The notes beneath the pieces were generated by a model. That model had not been told where the DNA came from. It worked only from the letters and a program-made list of their open reading frames with translations, and did no database searches. Source: a virus. Taken from it: a stretch of DNA of 64,000 bases. A program made the position numbers and the translations under genes. The number at the start of each line of letters is the position of its first letter. The stretch's first letter is position 1. The stretch lies in IMG/VR virus record IMGVR_UViG_3300032132_000004, positions 1 through 64,000 of that record; one strand, 5' to 3'. Below, piece by piece: positions 54,639 to 64,000 of this stretch.

Positions 54639-55099
54639 GATATATTTACCTCAACGTCGAATACTTGTAAATCATCCGTATCTAGTTTTAAAGATAAGAC
54701 TACGCTAAGAGTGTTGCCCCCTGATGAACCCTCTTCTCCAGACGGGAATACCGCTATCTTAGCAATCTTAGCCCCTACAATATAGTTAGAGAAGGAGTAT
54801 TGAATCTCTCTTTTAATAGACTCAAACAATTGCTCATCTAAGGGCTGGAAGAGGTACTTTCTAAGGTTGCATCCGAAGTTAGGGAGCATCAGTCTCTCAC
54901 CTTTTTCTGTTAGGAGTAATTGCTTAACAGAGTTTTTAATCATCCTAATGCCAGACTGCTTGGCAAAGAAGCCCCCTCCCTTAGACGATCCTAGTGGGAA
55001 AGACAACCCAAATACTTCTTTTCTTTGAGCTTCGGGCAGTTGCTGCATATACCTAGGAGCTATCTGTCCATGAATAGTTACTGTTTGATTTGCTGCCAT
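54635..55099 (-). CDS. Baseplate wedge/sheath initiator (gp25-like)
   Basis: LLLTEKGERLMLPNFGCNL...LFQP. Confidence 0.93.
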   Translation of the reverse strand: MAANQTVTIHGQIAPRYMQQLPEAQRKEVFGLSFPLGSSKGGGFFAKQSGIRMIKNSVKQLLLTEKGERLMLPNFGCNLRKYLFQPLDEQLFESIKREIQYSFSNYIVGAKIAKIAVFPSGEEGSSGGNTLSVVLSLKLDTDDLQVFDVEVNIS

Positions 55100-57807
55100 T
55101 AGATTGAGATATTCTTAAAGAAGCCTTGTTGGGCGTTATAGTTTTTTAGAACTTCTCCATTATCTAGGGCTCTTGAGTAAAATTTCAAGCTTCCCAAGTG
55201 TCCACGAAGACCACTTGTAATACCCCCTCTATCCCCTCCTAGGAAGTTACCATAACTATACATACCATCTGTATATCCGCCCCCTACGATCCAAGGAGTG
55301 TAGAATGTGTTAAGGAGGGGACCTTGTTTTAGGACAGTGGGACCATCAACCGTGGTAGAGGAGTATTGGAAGCTATTATTCTTCTTGAAAGAAGGAAGCA
55401 TTGGAGGTACTTGTGGGTCCACTCCGAAAACATCAGAGATGGAGGAGGTTGCTACTAAGGAGCCGTCCGCAAACATCTTAATAGTGTCTGTTTTTGGATC
55501 ACACGATATGTCGATCAAAACGAACTGTGAAGACACGTTACCGAAACCTGTAGCTGATAGATCCACTTTCATCTTGTGGAACGTCTCATAATCTTGACAA
55601 TCATCATTATTGATCCAAGAAGCAGAGGACAGATCTCTAGATTGTGTAGGTGCTATAAAGAAACTAAGAGAAGATGCTGGATCGTTGTCGTAATTGTTGT
55701 TACTAAAGCTACTGGATACTTGTGTTATTCTTCTATCTCGACTAAACCCGCAAACCATACCTCTCACAAACTGCTCGCCTCTTTGATTCTCTAGGAAGTC
55801 TAAGTCTCTGATAGCCCCTGTGTGATCCAAGGCTAATAGACCAGAGGTGGCTCCTACATTCTCGCTTCCTAAGATTACCTTCGTTAGAGAGGACGCTGTA
55901 GCACTCAACCAGCCCACACCAGCGTCCATGATGTTAGGGACATAGGCCCAGCACTCTAAAGTAAAGCCTGTGGAGGAGTAAGTAAGATCCCTAAACTCCT
56001 TAGTGTCAGGAAGCTTCATAAAGGAACCTAAAGCCGAAGCTGCTACGGATGGGGCTATGCCTGTATTCTTTACAATACCTTCTAAGTAAGGAATACCTAG
56101 GCCTGAAACAAATACTGATCTTTTGGAAGCTGCTACAAGCTGAGCATTGTTGTATCTATCTTCTGTGGCACAGTTTGTTACTTGGAAATTGGTAGAAGAG
56201 GGTAGCTCTACATTACTCTCTAACATATTGTAAATAGCGAACAGGCCTTTGTTTACAATCTCATCATTTAAAGACAATACTGTTCCAGCCTGTGTCGAGG
56301 AGGGAGAGTAGATTATACCTCCCTTTCCTACAGTAGGAACTCGTAAGTGTCCGAAGGAGAAGGAAGGAGGTTTAGCAGGAGACTTTACAAATTTTGCATT
56401 CAAAGGAAGAACAATACCTACAACGTCCGCTTGGTTGAAGATTAGGGCATTCTGCTTCTCTAGGTCTACCTCTAAGTTGTAGTCCTCTAGGTAGGAGAAA
56501 TCATTAATTGGAACCTTGCCTGGAGCGAATATAGGGCCTATCGAGTCTCCGTATATCTGAGGTACTTTGATAGCTACTTCAATCTGCTTCTTTCTTCTAT
56601 TGATCTTATCATTATGGTTAGCGATCTCTGAGATAATAAGATTGCGCTGGTTAGTAACAATAGAGGAGTCTTCTCCGAACTCGGCAAGGTAGGTAACAAG
56701 GTCAGAAGATAAATCGTAAGTTAGCTTATCCCTCTGCTGCTTAAGTACCGAGAGAAAGTGATCCTCATCGTAGTACTTCTGCAAACCAATGCTATCATCA
56801 ATTCTTGTGGGATCAAAGATGTTGTCCGTGAACTTGTTTAAAGACTTAATGGAGATCGCTTGGCCCTTACCTCCTAGGTTAGGATCGTAGTCGTACTTCC
56901 ACTGATCTCCTATAGGAACTATTCCCGAAATAGCTAGGTACACTGGATCCAACCCCCCGCTCTGGGAATCGTAGTACAGACCGTCTGAGGTCAGGACGTA
57001 CTGACCAGCAACTGATGTTGGGGGTCCATAAGTAAGCCTGAAGATCTCAGCCTCATCTGCTCCTACTTCGGGATCTTCTAAGGAGTCCCTTGTGAAGGTC
57101 GTTTGGTCTAAGAAGCCATCTAACTCAGAGCTATCTAATAGGATTGGCTCAAGGGAAGGGTCTGCTTCTCTGGCTGCAAAGATATCGTTGATATCCTTTA
57201 TAGTTTTATTACAGTTAGAGATGAACTCCGAGGCAGAGGCTAGCCTTGCTTTGTCCCCTGCATACATGGAATTGAAAAGCTCTTCGGAGGAAGCAGGATC
57301 TAGCGTTGCCTTCTGGTCTGCCGAGTTTCCTGCCTGGAAGGATTGAAGATCATTGAACTTCTGTAAGCAGTTTTGTATTGCTTCTATCTCATTGTTTATA
57401 TCAGTATAGTTCTGATAGATCTGCGCTCCAAAAGAAGCTGCATATTGAAAGGCTCCTAATAGACCAGCTAGGTTATCCTTTGTTTGGCTATCGTCGCTGT
57501 CAATACCGTGCCAGGAGGTATCAGATCCAAACTTAAAGACTCCGTTCTCTGTATCAAACTCGATAATGCCCGTATTTAGCATTAGCTTCTTGAACACCTC
57601 TTTGGTAACCTCATTAGCTTTGGCTTTGCCCTCAGAAATCTTTGATTGCATGTCTGAGAGGACAGATGATGGGAGAAGGCTCATAGCTTCAGAGGCTAGA
57701 TTGAGCATACAGCTAGGCATACCAAAGGACATACCCAGTGCCTGAATTGCTCCAGTACCTGTTTGTCCTTGTACTTTTAAGAATGTTTCTAGATCAAAGC
57801 TTGCCAT
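55099..57807 (-). CDS. Baseplate-associated protein with a C-terminal LamG-like domain
   Basis: GFTLECW, MFADG, G.LGSLKFYSRAL...EVLKNY. Confidence 0.65.
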   Translation of the reverse strand: MASFDLETFLKVQGQTGTGAIQALGMSFGMPSCMLNLASEAMSLLPSSVLSDMQSKISEGKAKANEVTKEVFKKLMLNTGIIEFDTENGVFKFGSDTSWHGIDSDDSQTKDNLAGLLGAFQYAASFGAQIYQNYTDINNEIEAIQNCLQKFNDLQSFQAGNSADQKATLDPASSEELFNSMYAGDKARLASASEFISNCNKTIKDINDIFAAREADPSLEPILLDSSELDGFLDQTTFTRDSLEDPEVGADEAEIFRLTYGPPTSVAGQYVLTSDGLYYDSQSGGLDPVYLAISGIVPIGDQWKYDYDPNLGGKGQAISIKSLNKFTDNIFDPTRIDDSIGLQKYYDEDHFLSVLKQQRDKLTYDLSSDLVTYLAEFGEDSSIVTNQRNLIISEIANHNDKINRRKKQIEVAIKVPQIYGDSIGPIFAPGKVPINDFSYLEDYNLEVDLEKQNALIFNQADVVGIVLPLNAKFVKSPAKPPSFSFGHLRVPTVGKGGIIYSPSSTQAGTVLSLNDEIVNKGLFAIYNMLESNVELPSSTNFQVTNCATEDRYNNAQLVAASKRSVFVSGLGIPYLEGIVKNTGIAPSVAASALGSFMKLPDTKEFRDLTYSSTGFTLECWAYVPNIMDAGVGWLSATASSLTKVILGSENVGATSGLLALDHTGAIRDLDFLENQRGEQFVRGMVCGFSRDRRITQVSSSFSNNNYDNDPASSLSFFIAPTQSRDLSSASWINNDDCQDYETFHKMKVDLSATGFGNVSSQFVLIDISCDPKTDTIKMFADGSLVATSSISDVFGVDPQVPPMLPSFKKNNSFQYSSTTVDGPTVLKQGPLLNTFYTPWIVGGGYTDGMYSYGNFLGGDRGGITSGLRGHLGSLKFYSRALDNGEVLKNYNAQQGFFKNISI

Positions 57808-57808
57808 A

Positions 57809-58906
57809 TCAGTATGTAGTGATCCCTTCGCCTCCGTATGTACTTTCTACAGAGGGTGTATCTGGTGGTGTAGGAGTAGATTGGTCCCCAGCAAGATGAA
57901 TAACGCTGCCGTCTATATTAGCTACCCCTGTTGATCTAACGTCTAGTGTGGCGCAGTCGATACTAACCTTGCTTCCTGCTTTCATGTTAATACCTTCTCC
58001 TGCGTTCAGGTTAAGGTTACCCTCAGCGTTTAGAGAAATGTCTCCCCGTGTCTTTATAATAATACCCCCGCCTGTGCCTTTTGTTTCTATTTGAATAACT
58101 TGGTCGCTACCGTCTTGGTTTAGGCATTGGATAAATATCTTACCCTTTTCTGCACATGAATATACATTAATGTCTCTCCATTTGCTCTGGATATTAACAT
58201 TGCCACACTCTGCACCGTCTCCCCACTGTACTCCGTTAGCTCCATTGAGTAGTTGTAGTTCGCGTCCATCTGCACCTACTACAACGTCTGTTTGGGATCC
58301 AGAGTTAATGAACTTCTGCGGTCCTACGCTTTCTATTTGGATAGCTCTGGAGGGGAGATGATCATTCTTAGGGTCGTTCGATATAGTAATCTTACTACCG
58401 TTACCTGAATCAAGAATAAGAGAATCAACAGCAGGGCTATCGTTTAAGGTAACCTTCTTTCCTACAGTTGAGTTTAGCTCTACCTTTTTATTAATGAACT
58501 CAGGGTTGTACTCCTCAGAGATGGTCAAGCCTGCTCCGTCATTGCTCTTTAAAGCAATTTTCATAGGAACACCTCTTGCCCTGGAGATGTTAGGATCAAC
58601 TCTATCTAGAGGTGGTACGCTTGCATCAGAAAGCTTGGCTCCCTCTGCCTTGTTTTCTTCAGGTGAAAGAGTGGATCCCATATAGTACCAAGCCTGAGAT
58701 CCTACAGGACGGCATACAAGAATTTCTGTACCTTCTTCTGGAATAGCTATAAAAGCTCCTTCTCCGTTAGAAGCATAAGGAGTTACATAGTTCACTCTAA
58801 CTTCTTCGTTATTTAGGTAATCAATCCTAGCTAAAAAAGACCCAGTACCCCAAGGATCAAAAGTATCTCTTACCTCTGCTAAAGAAATTATTTGTTCATT
58901 TTTCAT
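57809..58906 (-). CDS. Baseplate central spike (gp5/VgrG-like), no lysozyme domain seen
   Basis: DPWGTG and FIAIPEEGTEILV OB-fold-like N-terminus; C-terminal beta-helix repeats ending IDGSVIHL. Confidence 0.8.
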   Translation of the reverse strand: MKNEQIISLAEVRDTFDPWGTGSFLARIDYLNNEEVRVNYVTPYASNGEGAFIAIPEEGTEILVCRPVGSQAWYYMGSTLSPEENKAEGAKLSDASVPPLDRVDPNISRARGVPMKIALKSNDGAGLTISEEYNPEFINKKVELNSTVGKKVTLNDSPAVDSLILDSGNGSKITISNDPKNDHLPSRAIQIESVGPQKFINSGSQTDVVVGADGRELQLLNGANGVQWGDGAECGNVNIQSKWRDINVYSCAEKGKIFIQCLNQDGSDQVIQIETKGTGGGIIIKTRGDISLNAEGNLNLNAGEGINMKAGSKVSIDCATLDVRSTGVANIDGSVIHLAGDQSTPTPPDTPSVESTYGGEGITTY

Positions 58907-61568
58907 CAGAAACTCCTTTCGTTGGTATTTTAACCAAACGGAACTCCGATTGCGAAGATCTAGACGTTATAGTATGTTTGAATCCGTATATACCGTAAAG
59001 ACCACTATAGAACGTGTTCATTAAAGTTTTTTCAACCTTTCTACTTTGCGTTATGTTGGCATCTTGAGCTAGAAGAATACAGGGCTGGCCGATGTGCGTT
59101 ACTATGTTTGATAAGTGAAAAGTGGGAAGCGTTTTCATGGTTACGGTATAAGTCTTTCTATACATATCCTCCATCAAATCAGCCATAATGCCGTTAGGGT
59201 TGCCTGGGAGCACTTGATCTATTTCTATGTACCCTTTATAGGTTTGATCCTTTAATTTGTCTAGAATCATAGCTATAAAATCTGCTTCTTTTTCTGCGCC
59301 AACCTCTGCTGAAAGCTCGGGGGACAATCTAGTCATCAAGTCCTGAATAAGTTTTTGTCTGTCCTTAGGAAACTCATTTAGTTTTAGGTACGCTATTGCA
59401 GCGGCTCTGGTTGTAATAGGAAGAGATCCTTTGCCCAAAGGTAAAACACCCTCCACCACTGCTGAAGATTTCCTAGTTACACCTTTACTAAATCCTATTC
59501 TCAACTGATCTAAATAAATATTGGATTTAGTTAGATTAAGAGAAAGGACATTAGGGTTCTGTATATTGAATCGGAACACTGGTATGGCTTCATTTTTGAT
59601 ATATTCCTTTTTCTCATCAGAAAATAGATTATCTGAGTACGCGAACTCGTCTGGTAGTTCTGTGATATCCCCAAAAGCCCCAACTAGTTGTTCTCTTCTA
59701 GGAAAAACTATATCTCGTACTGTCTTGTTGTACCTTACATCCCCAACAATGATTTTATCCAAAGGATGAAGAGGTATTTTTTGTACGATCTTATCTAGGC
59801 TAAGCTGAGTTTCGTTTATATCAGCCTGAAGAAGGCTAGTAAACTCTGTAGGAAGATTAGTTTTCTCTAAGTCTGACTCAGCTAAAGACTTTTGCGCTCT
59901 TAGCTTATTAATACTTTTGTATGATGGAGCCAAATCCAAGCTACCGAATAAGTAGTTATCTATCATAGCTACGTCTCCTACAATAACAGCTTCCTTGGCT
60001 TCATTGAACTTTGAGTATCCTCCAAAGGTAGAAAATTTGGACGGATTAATAGTACCGTCTCCTTTAGTCCAATAATCTAGTAATTTTGTATTGGTTTCAT
60101 TTACAATAGCCAGCCTAAAGTTGTAGGCTCCCTTAGAGTTTTTACTTATAGCATTAAATACTTTACTTAGTACTTCATTATGGTCAGGAATACGCCTATC
60201 ATGGGTTGAACTCTCTAGTATTCCATAAAACTTCCCTTCTTCGTAATACTTTTTTCTTCTATCTTCTGCTGAAGGGGCCTTCTCCTTAGAAGTGTACTTA
60301 TTTACTTTCGCGGAGGGGATAGCGCGTGGAAGCTTAGGGGGGCGCTCATGGGGCAGGCCTGCGAAGCGTTCTAGCCGTGCTAGTTCCACCTCTTCCCGAG
60401 ATGGGAGTGAATGAAAGGTTGGTTCTGGCCTTTCAATAAAATTAGCCGTGAGTGGCCTTTCAAGTGGTCTTTCGGCAAAGAAGACGGGCTTGTCAGTGGG
60501 TATTTCGGAGGATGGACTCCCTAGGCGCAAACCAAAATCCTCTAAGAGTATTTGTATTACATACTCGTATTCTCCTGCTAACTGGTACTGTGATAAAGGT
60601 GATTCTGGCCTTTCGACAAAGCCGCTGCTCCTATTGTCAGGATATGGCCCATATTTTAATATATTACTTATCTTTTCTCTACAAACAATATTGAGATCAG
60701 GAAGAAGAACTATTACATTAGGATTGTTTGTGGCGTGCTGTACGTAGCTTCTTATAGTATCTACTACTAAAGAATGAAAATCTAAGGATCCTAGGGTTCT
60801 TAAATTAAAAGACTCTAAAGTAGAAGCACCTTCCTCTCTACTATTTTGCACAGCGTCCTTATACAAATCTAGCTCTAAGTGATTTAAAGGATCATAAATT
60901 CCATGTCCTGAAGAGAAGTTGATGAGGTTTGATTCTCCAACATGCCTTAGGGTGAGGCCAGCAAGATTAAGGTTAACCTGTTCGTTAAAGTCTCCTCTTC
61001 TTCTTCTAAAGTTTAAGTCTGTAGCAGTGGGTGCAAAAGTAAGAGTAATCTTCCTAGGTCCTTTTACTTCTATATGTGCCCCCGTTAGTACACATCTATG
61101 AGGTCCAGACCATAAAGCTAAATTATTCCCTGTACCGTATGCTATATAGAAAGTATTTATCCCTATATGTTTGCTAAACTCTTCTTTAAGTTCCGAAAAA
61201 TACTTATCATTATAAAGAGACTGGCTGCTCGCCATATCTTTCGTAACCTTGCTAGCAAGAGTGCCTTCCTCTGAAGAATCTGTATAAGCACTTCCTGCTA
61301 TAGCGGGAAGCAATTTATCAGAAAATAACCTTCTCTCTAGATCCCCTTTGGGGTCAATGAGCACTAGTTTCATCTTCCATCCATCCCCCATATTACCAGT
61401 ATGCTCGAATGATATGAAACTAGGGTTAGATTCGTTATCGAAAAGAAGTGCGTCCTCTTCCTCTGAAAGTCCCTTCATAAGGTTTTTGTACGTAGCTCCT
61501 TCAGCAAAGAGACTATTCATAACATCTTTATTAAAACCTACGATAACATTAGCTACTGGAATATTCAT
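58896..61568 (-). CDS. Putative baseplate hub protein (gp27/gpD-like)
   Basis: Lies between the gp53-like and gp5-like genes; C-terminal FYSGLYGI.GFKHTI...SEF.LVK. Confidence 0.6.
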   Translation of the reverse strand: MNIPVANVIVGFNKDVMNSLFAEGATYKNLMKGLSEEEDALLFDNESNPSFISFEHTGNMGDGWKMKLVLIDPKGDLERRLFSDKLLPAIAGSAYTDSSEEGTLASKVTKDMASSQSLYNDKYFSELKEEFSKHIGINTFYIAYGTGNNLALWSGPHRCVLTGAHIEVKGPRKITLTFAPTATDLNFRRRRGDFNEQVNLNLAGLTLRHVGESNLINFSSGHGIYDPLNHLELDLYKDAVQNSREEGASTLESFNLRTLGSLDFHSLVVDTIRSYVQHATNNPNVIVLLPDLNIVCREKISNILKYGPYPDNRSSGFVERPESPLSQYQLAGEYEYVIQILLEDFGLRLGSPSSEIPTDKPVFFAERPLERPLTANFIERPEPTFHSLPSREEVELARLERFAGLPHERPPKLPRAIPSAKVNKYTSKEKAPSAEDRRKKYYEEGKFYGILESSTHDRRIPDHNEVLSKVFNAISKNSKGAYNFRLAIVNETNTKLLDYWTKGDGTINPSKFSTFGGYSKFNEAKEAVIVGDVAMIDNYLFGSLDLAPSYKSINKLRAQKSLAESDLEKTNLPTEFTSLLQADINETQLSLDKIVQKIPLHPLDKIIVGDVRYNKTVRDIVFPRREQLVGAFGDITELPDEFAYSDNLFSDEKKEYIKNEAIPVFRFNIQNPNVLSLNLTKSNIYLDQLRIGFSKGVTRKSSAVVEGVLPLGKGSLPITTRAAAIAYLKLNEFPKDRQKLIQDLMTRLSPELSAEVGAEKEADFIAMILDKLKDQTYKGYIEIDQVLPGNPNGIMADLMEDMYRKTYTVTMKTLPTFHLSNIVTHIGQPCILLAQDANITQSRKVEKTLMNTFYSGLYGIYGFKHTITSRSSQSEFRLVKIPTKGVSDEK

Positions 61569-61873
61569 TACACTTTAGGGATTAATATCCTTTGATTTGG
61601 TCTGAATCCCTCAGTAGGATCAGCTATCCCGTTTACCAGCATAAGCAACCACCAGTTCTTAGGACTTCCATAAAATACATTGGAAATCAAGTCTGGTCTA
61701 TGCTCGTAGCCTTGAGGGACATAACCTACCTCATACTCATACGCAGTATCCAAGCCTTGTAAGAGTGAATCAAACTTTGGAGAGTTCAATATAGTGGTTG
61801 TAGTTACGTTACGATGCTTCACATGGTTAACATCTAGACTATAAGGGCCTTTGTTTCCTTTTAAAAAAGCCAT
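61568..61873 (-). CDS. Baseplate wedge protein (gp53/LysM-like)
   Basis: RPDLISNVFYG...WWLLM..NGI.DP....G....IP; start moved to ATG 61873 (TAATG overlap). Confidence 0.85.
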   Translation of the reverse strand: MAFLKGNKGPYSLDVNHVKHRNVTTTTILNSPKFDSLLQGLDTAYEYEVGYVPQGYEHRPDLISNVFYGSPKNWWLLMLVNGIADPTEGFRPNQRILIPKV

Positions 61874-62748
61874 TAGATGCCACCAGACCCTGGATCCATG
61901 CTGTGAGTTGATCCTAGTACAACGGCTTCCCACCCAGCGAGGTTATCTCTTTTAATTGGGTTACTCTCGTCATCTGGTTTGAATTCCCCGAAATCTCCTG
62001 TTCTAATCTCTTCTAGCTTCATGTTAATCTTTAACTGACGAGGGAGTAGAGTTTTAAGGTCATATCCCGCTTGTTCATTATACTCAATAGAATAATTAGT
62101 ACAGATGCAGGGAACATCTTGATATAAAATCCCATGCCTTAATCTTATAATAGGTGGTCCGTAAATTGGGTTCTTAGAGTAATTTGTGACGCTAGATCTA
62201 ATGATGTTAGTCCAGTAGATAATAATATCAATGATTTGGCTACTTGCCTCTTCAGCTTGCACATCCTCTTCCTCTGGAGGGGCCTCATCAATTCCTAGAT
62301 TATTTCGTACCTGTTTAGCGGATTCTTCTGCTAGTCCTTTAGTATAAGCAGTTCCTAAAATCCAAGCCAGACCCTTTGCAGGAGACTCTAATTTATGTGG
62401 ATTTTTGAACAGTTCTCTCTCAAGATCTAGGTTACTTTTGTCGTTGTCGTAAGTAATATACTTGTCTAGGGTTATGTCTGGGTGATCATCTTGAATATGA
62501 GGCAATGTTATGTTAAAAGAAAGGTTTAGCTGCCTAGAATCTGCACCTAAGTAGCTGTACAGGTTGCTAGACCTAGAAATCAAGGAATATTTCTGATATC
62601 GAGCCTTTTTACTCTCCTTAATTACTATGTTTTCAAAGAAAGGCATAGTTACTACGTAATAATTTCCATTATACTCTAAGGAAGGGAAGTAAAATCGTAG
62701 CTTAGACCTTTCTGGTAAAGCTCTGTCTATAATATGTCTATTTGTCAT
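61873..62748 (-). CDS. Tail tube initiator/baseplate cap protein (gp48/54-like)
   Basis: SRQLNLSF, GPPIIRL, PCICTNYSI, LPR.LKINMKLEE. Confidence 0.65.
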   Translation of the reverse strand: MTNRHIIDRALPERSKLRFYFPSLEYNGNYYVVTMPFFENIVIKESKKARYQKYSLISRSSNLYSYLGADSRQLNLSFNITLPHIQDDHPDITLDKYITYDNDKSNLDLERELFKNPHKLESPAKGLAWILGTAYTKGLAEESAKQVRNNLGIDEAPPEEEDVQAEEASSQIIDIIIYWTNIIRSSVTNYSKNPIYGPPIIRLRHGILYQDVPCICTNYSIEYNEQAGYDLKTLLPRQLKINMKLEEIRTGDFGEFKPDDESNPIKRDNLAGWEAVVLGSTHSMDPGSGGI

Positions 62749-64000
62749 TAGCCACCTGAGTCAGTAGGTATCGCACCGTCTGGTAAAACCAGTTCCGTTT
62801 CTTTTCCATTAAGTAGGGTTAATTGCTCTAACATTTCTTCTTGAGTAGTATTTCTGCCTACTCCAAGTATCCTCTCAATACTACTACCAAGCATATCTGC
62901 CGTTGTATCTAGGAAGGCTGGGGGAGTACTTTTGTCTGGAGTCTTCCCATCAATGCTTTCTGTAGCTCTGGCTGTTCTTCCAGCGATTCCTGTTTCGTCC
63001 GTATAAGTGTCTAATAGTTCTTGTAAAATTATAGAAATCTTGTTGTTTTCTTTGGCAATTGCTAGAAATCCTTTTTTTCCCTCTTTTGCGGCCTCTAGTC
63101 TACCTTCAAAGCTATTGTTAAAGGCTTCTTCCGCCTTTCTTTTAGCATCTTCTTTATCGTTAAACCAGCCTGCAATACTTTCAACCCAATGGTAGCCAGA
63201 CACCCACTTCAACAGAACTAAAGCACTACTCAAGCTCTTCGTTACATCACCAAGTATTTCGGCTGTTTTCCAAAGAAACTTCCCAATCATAACTAATCCT
63301 TCTTTGATTATAGGCCAGAAGAATTTAATCTGGGCTTGTACTCCGTAGAAAAAATCCGTAAAGAAATTAGAAATTTTAATAGCCCCCTTAACCAAGGCAA
63401 TGGTAACCATTTTAATATTAGCGTCAATGGTTTTAGAAGGGAACTTGCTTTTAAACCAATCAACAAGAGCTTGGGAAAACTTATTGGCAAAGCCTGAGAT
63501 AACCTCAAAGGTTTTTACGAGAGGTTCGTGCCATCTTATAAAAGCTTCTGTGAGAGGTAAAAAGGCTTCCTTCCTTAGAGTTTCTATTGTAAGCCAAAAG
63601 GAGGCGGATTTCTCGTTTGCATCCTTCTCTCGTTTGCCCATATTAGCCATTAGAGTAACAGCAAAAAGGCCTCCCTTACCGTATATACTTTTTGTAGAGT
63701 CTAGTAAATGGAACGCATTCTTTTTGGCCCCTTTTGAGAAATCTTCAACAGAAGTGCCCGCAATTACAATGGCTTCCTCTAACATTCGCGTCTGTGTTAA
63801 AACATCTTGCCCAGATATCCTCTCTCTTATGCCTCCAAGCCCCATAGCAGCTAGATGCCCTAATGTTTTGTCGCTGGTATCTACAAGCATCTTCAGAAAA
63901 CCCTCAACGGCAGCACGGTTCTTCTCTCCACCGAACTTACCAGTTAACTCTGCTACCACTCCCGTCAGATTCTCCAATCCTGCTAGCCTCATCACTGGGA
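62748..64000 (-). CDS. Probable tape measure protein, 3' part (frame open to window edge)
   Basis: Helical amphipathic Trp/Phe-spaced segments; lies upstream of the tube initiator; codon upstream of the track start (CCA) is not a stop. Confidence 0.6.
   Translation of the reverse strand, partial: PVMRLAGLENLTGVVAELTGKFGGEKNRAAVEGFLKMLVDTSDKTLGHLAAMGLGGIRERISGQDVLTQTRMLEEAIVIAGTSVEDFSKGAKKNAFHLLDSTKSIYGKGGLFAVTLMANMGKREKDANEKSASFWLTIETLRKEAFLPLTEAFIRWHEPLVKTFEVISGFANKFSQALVDWFKSKFPSKTIDANIKMVTIALVKGAIKISNFFTDFFYGVQAQIKFFWPIIKEGLVMIGKFLWKTAEILGDVTKSLSSALVLLKWVSGYHWVESIAGWFNDKEDAKRKAEEAFNNSFEGRLEAAKEGKKGFLAIAKENNKISIILQELLDTYTDETGIAGRTARATESIDGKTPDKSTPPAFLDTTADMLGSSIERILGVGRNTTQEEMLEQLTLLNGKETELVLPDGAIPTDSGG

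Noticed and set aside
36-63508. Many short plus-strand and nested alternative-frame ORFs in the track (e.g. 33527-34000, 39897-40322, 10621-10968)
   Set aside because: They lie antisense to or within well-supported genes, show no recognisable motifs and mostly use non-ATG starts; treated as shadow ORFs
1-64000. Genome-wide stop-codon reassignment
   Set aside because: Conserved genes translate full length in the standard code, and TAA, TAG and TGA all occur as terminal stops
18953-64000. Sheath, tube, PAAR, gp5 and baseplate genes as a bacterial T6SS or eCIS locus
   Set aside because: They are embedded with capsid, scaffold, protease, neck and phage replication genes, so this is a phage tail

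Overview
A 64 kb piece of a large T4-like myovirus genome. It is gene-dense, almost all on the minus strand, and reads in the standard genetic code. The left part (1-16 kb) is a replication and nucleotide-metabolism module: partial glycosyltransferase, gp32 SSB, UvsY, gp41 helicase, class II RNR, gp46/47, ThyX, a family A DNA polymerase split into three genes with a UDG-like domain, a gp55-like sigma factor and a Holliday junction resolvase. The right part (19-64 kb) is morphogenesis: tail tube and sheath, PAAR, neck, capsid, scaffold, protease, core proteins, fibres/spikes, baseplate and the 3' part of a probable tape measure gene. The most unusual observations are: (1) a CTATAAT-N5/6-ATG promoter class implying leaderless mRNAs, including two 14-16 bp bidirectional promoters, plus a separate TANATA late motif; (2) a separately promoted, non-canonical tRNA-like RNA at ~345-434; (3) a single in-frame TAA inside an FN3 domain, with the missing last strand encoded at the start of the next ORF; (4) an exported, host-like HEAT-repeat protein whose gene shares exact 27- and 22-nt segments with a structural-region gene 34 kb away; (5) the three-way split PolA. 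All calls come from manual motif recognition; no database searches were run.
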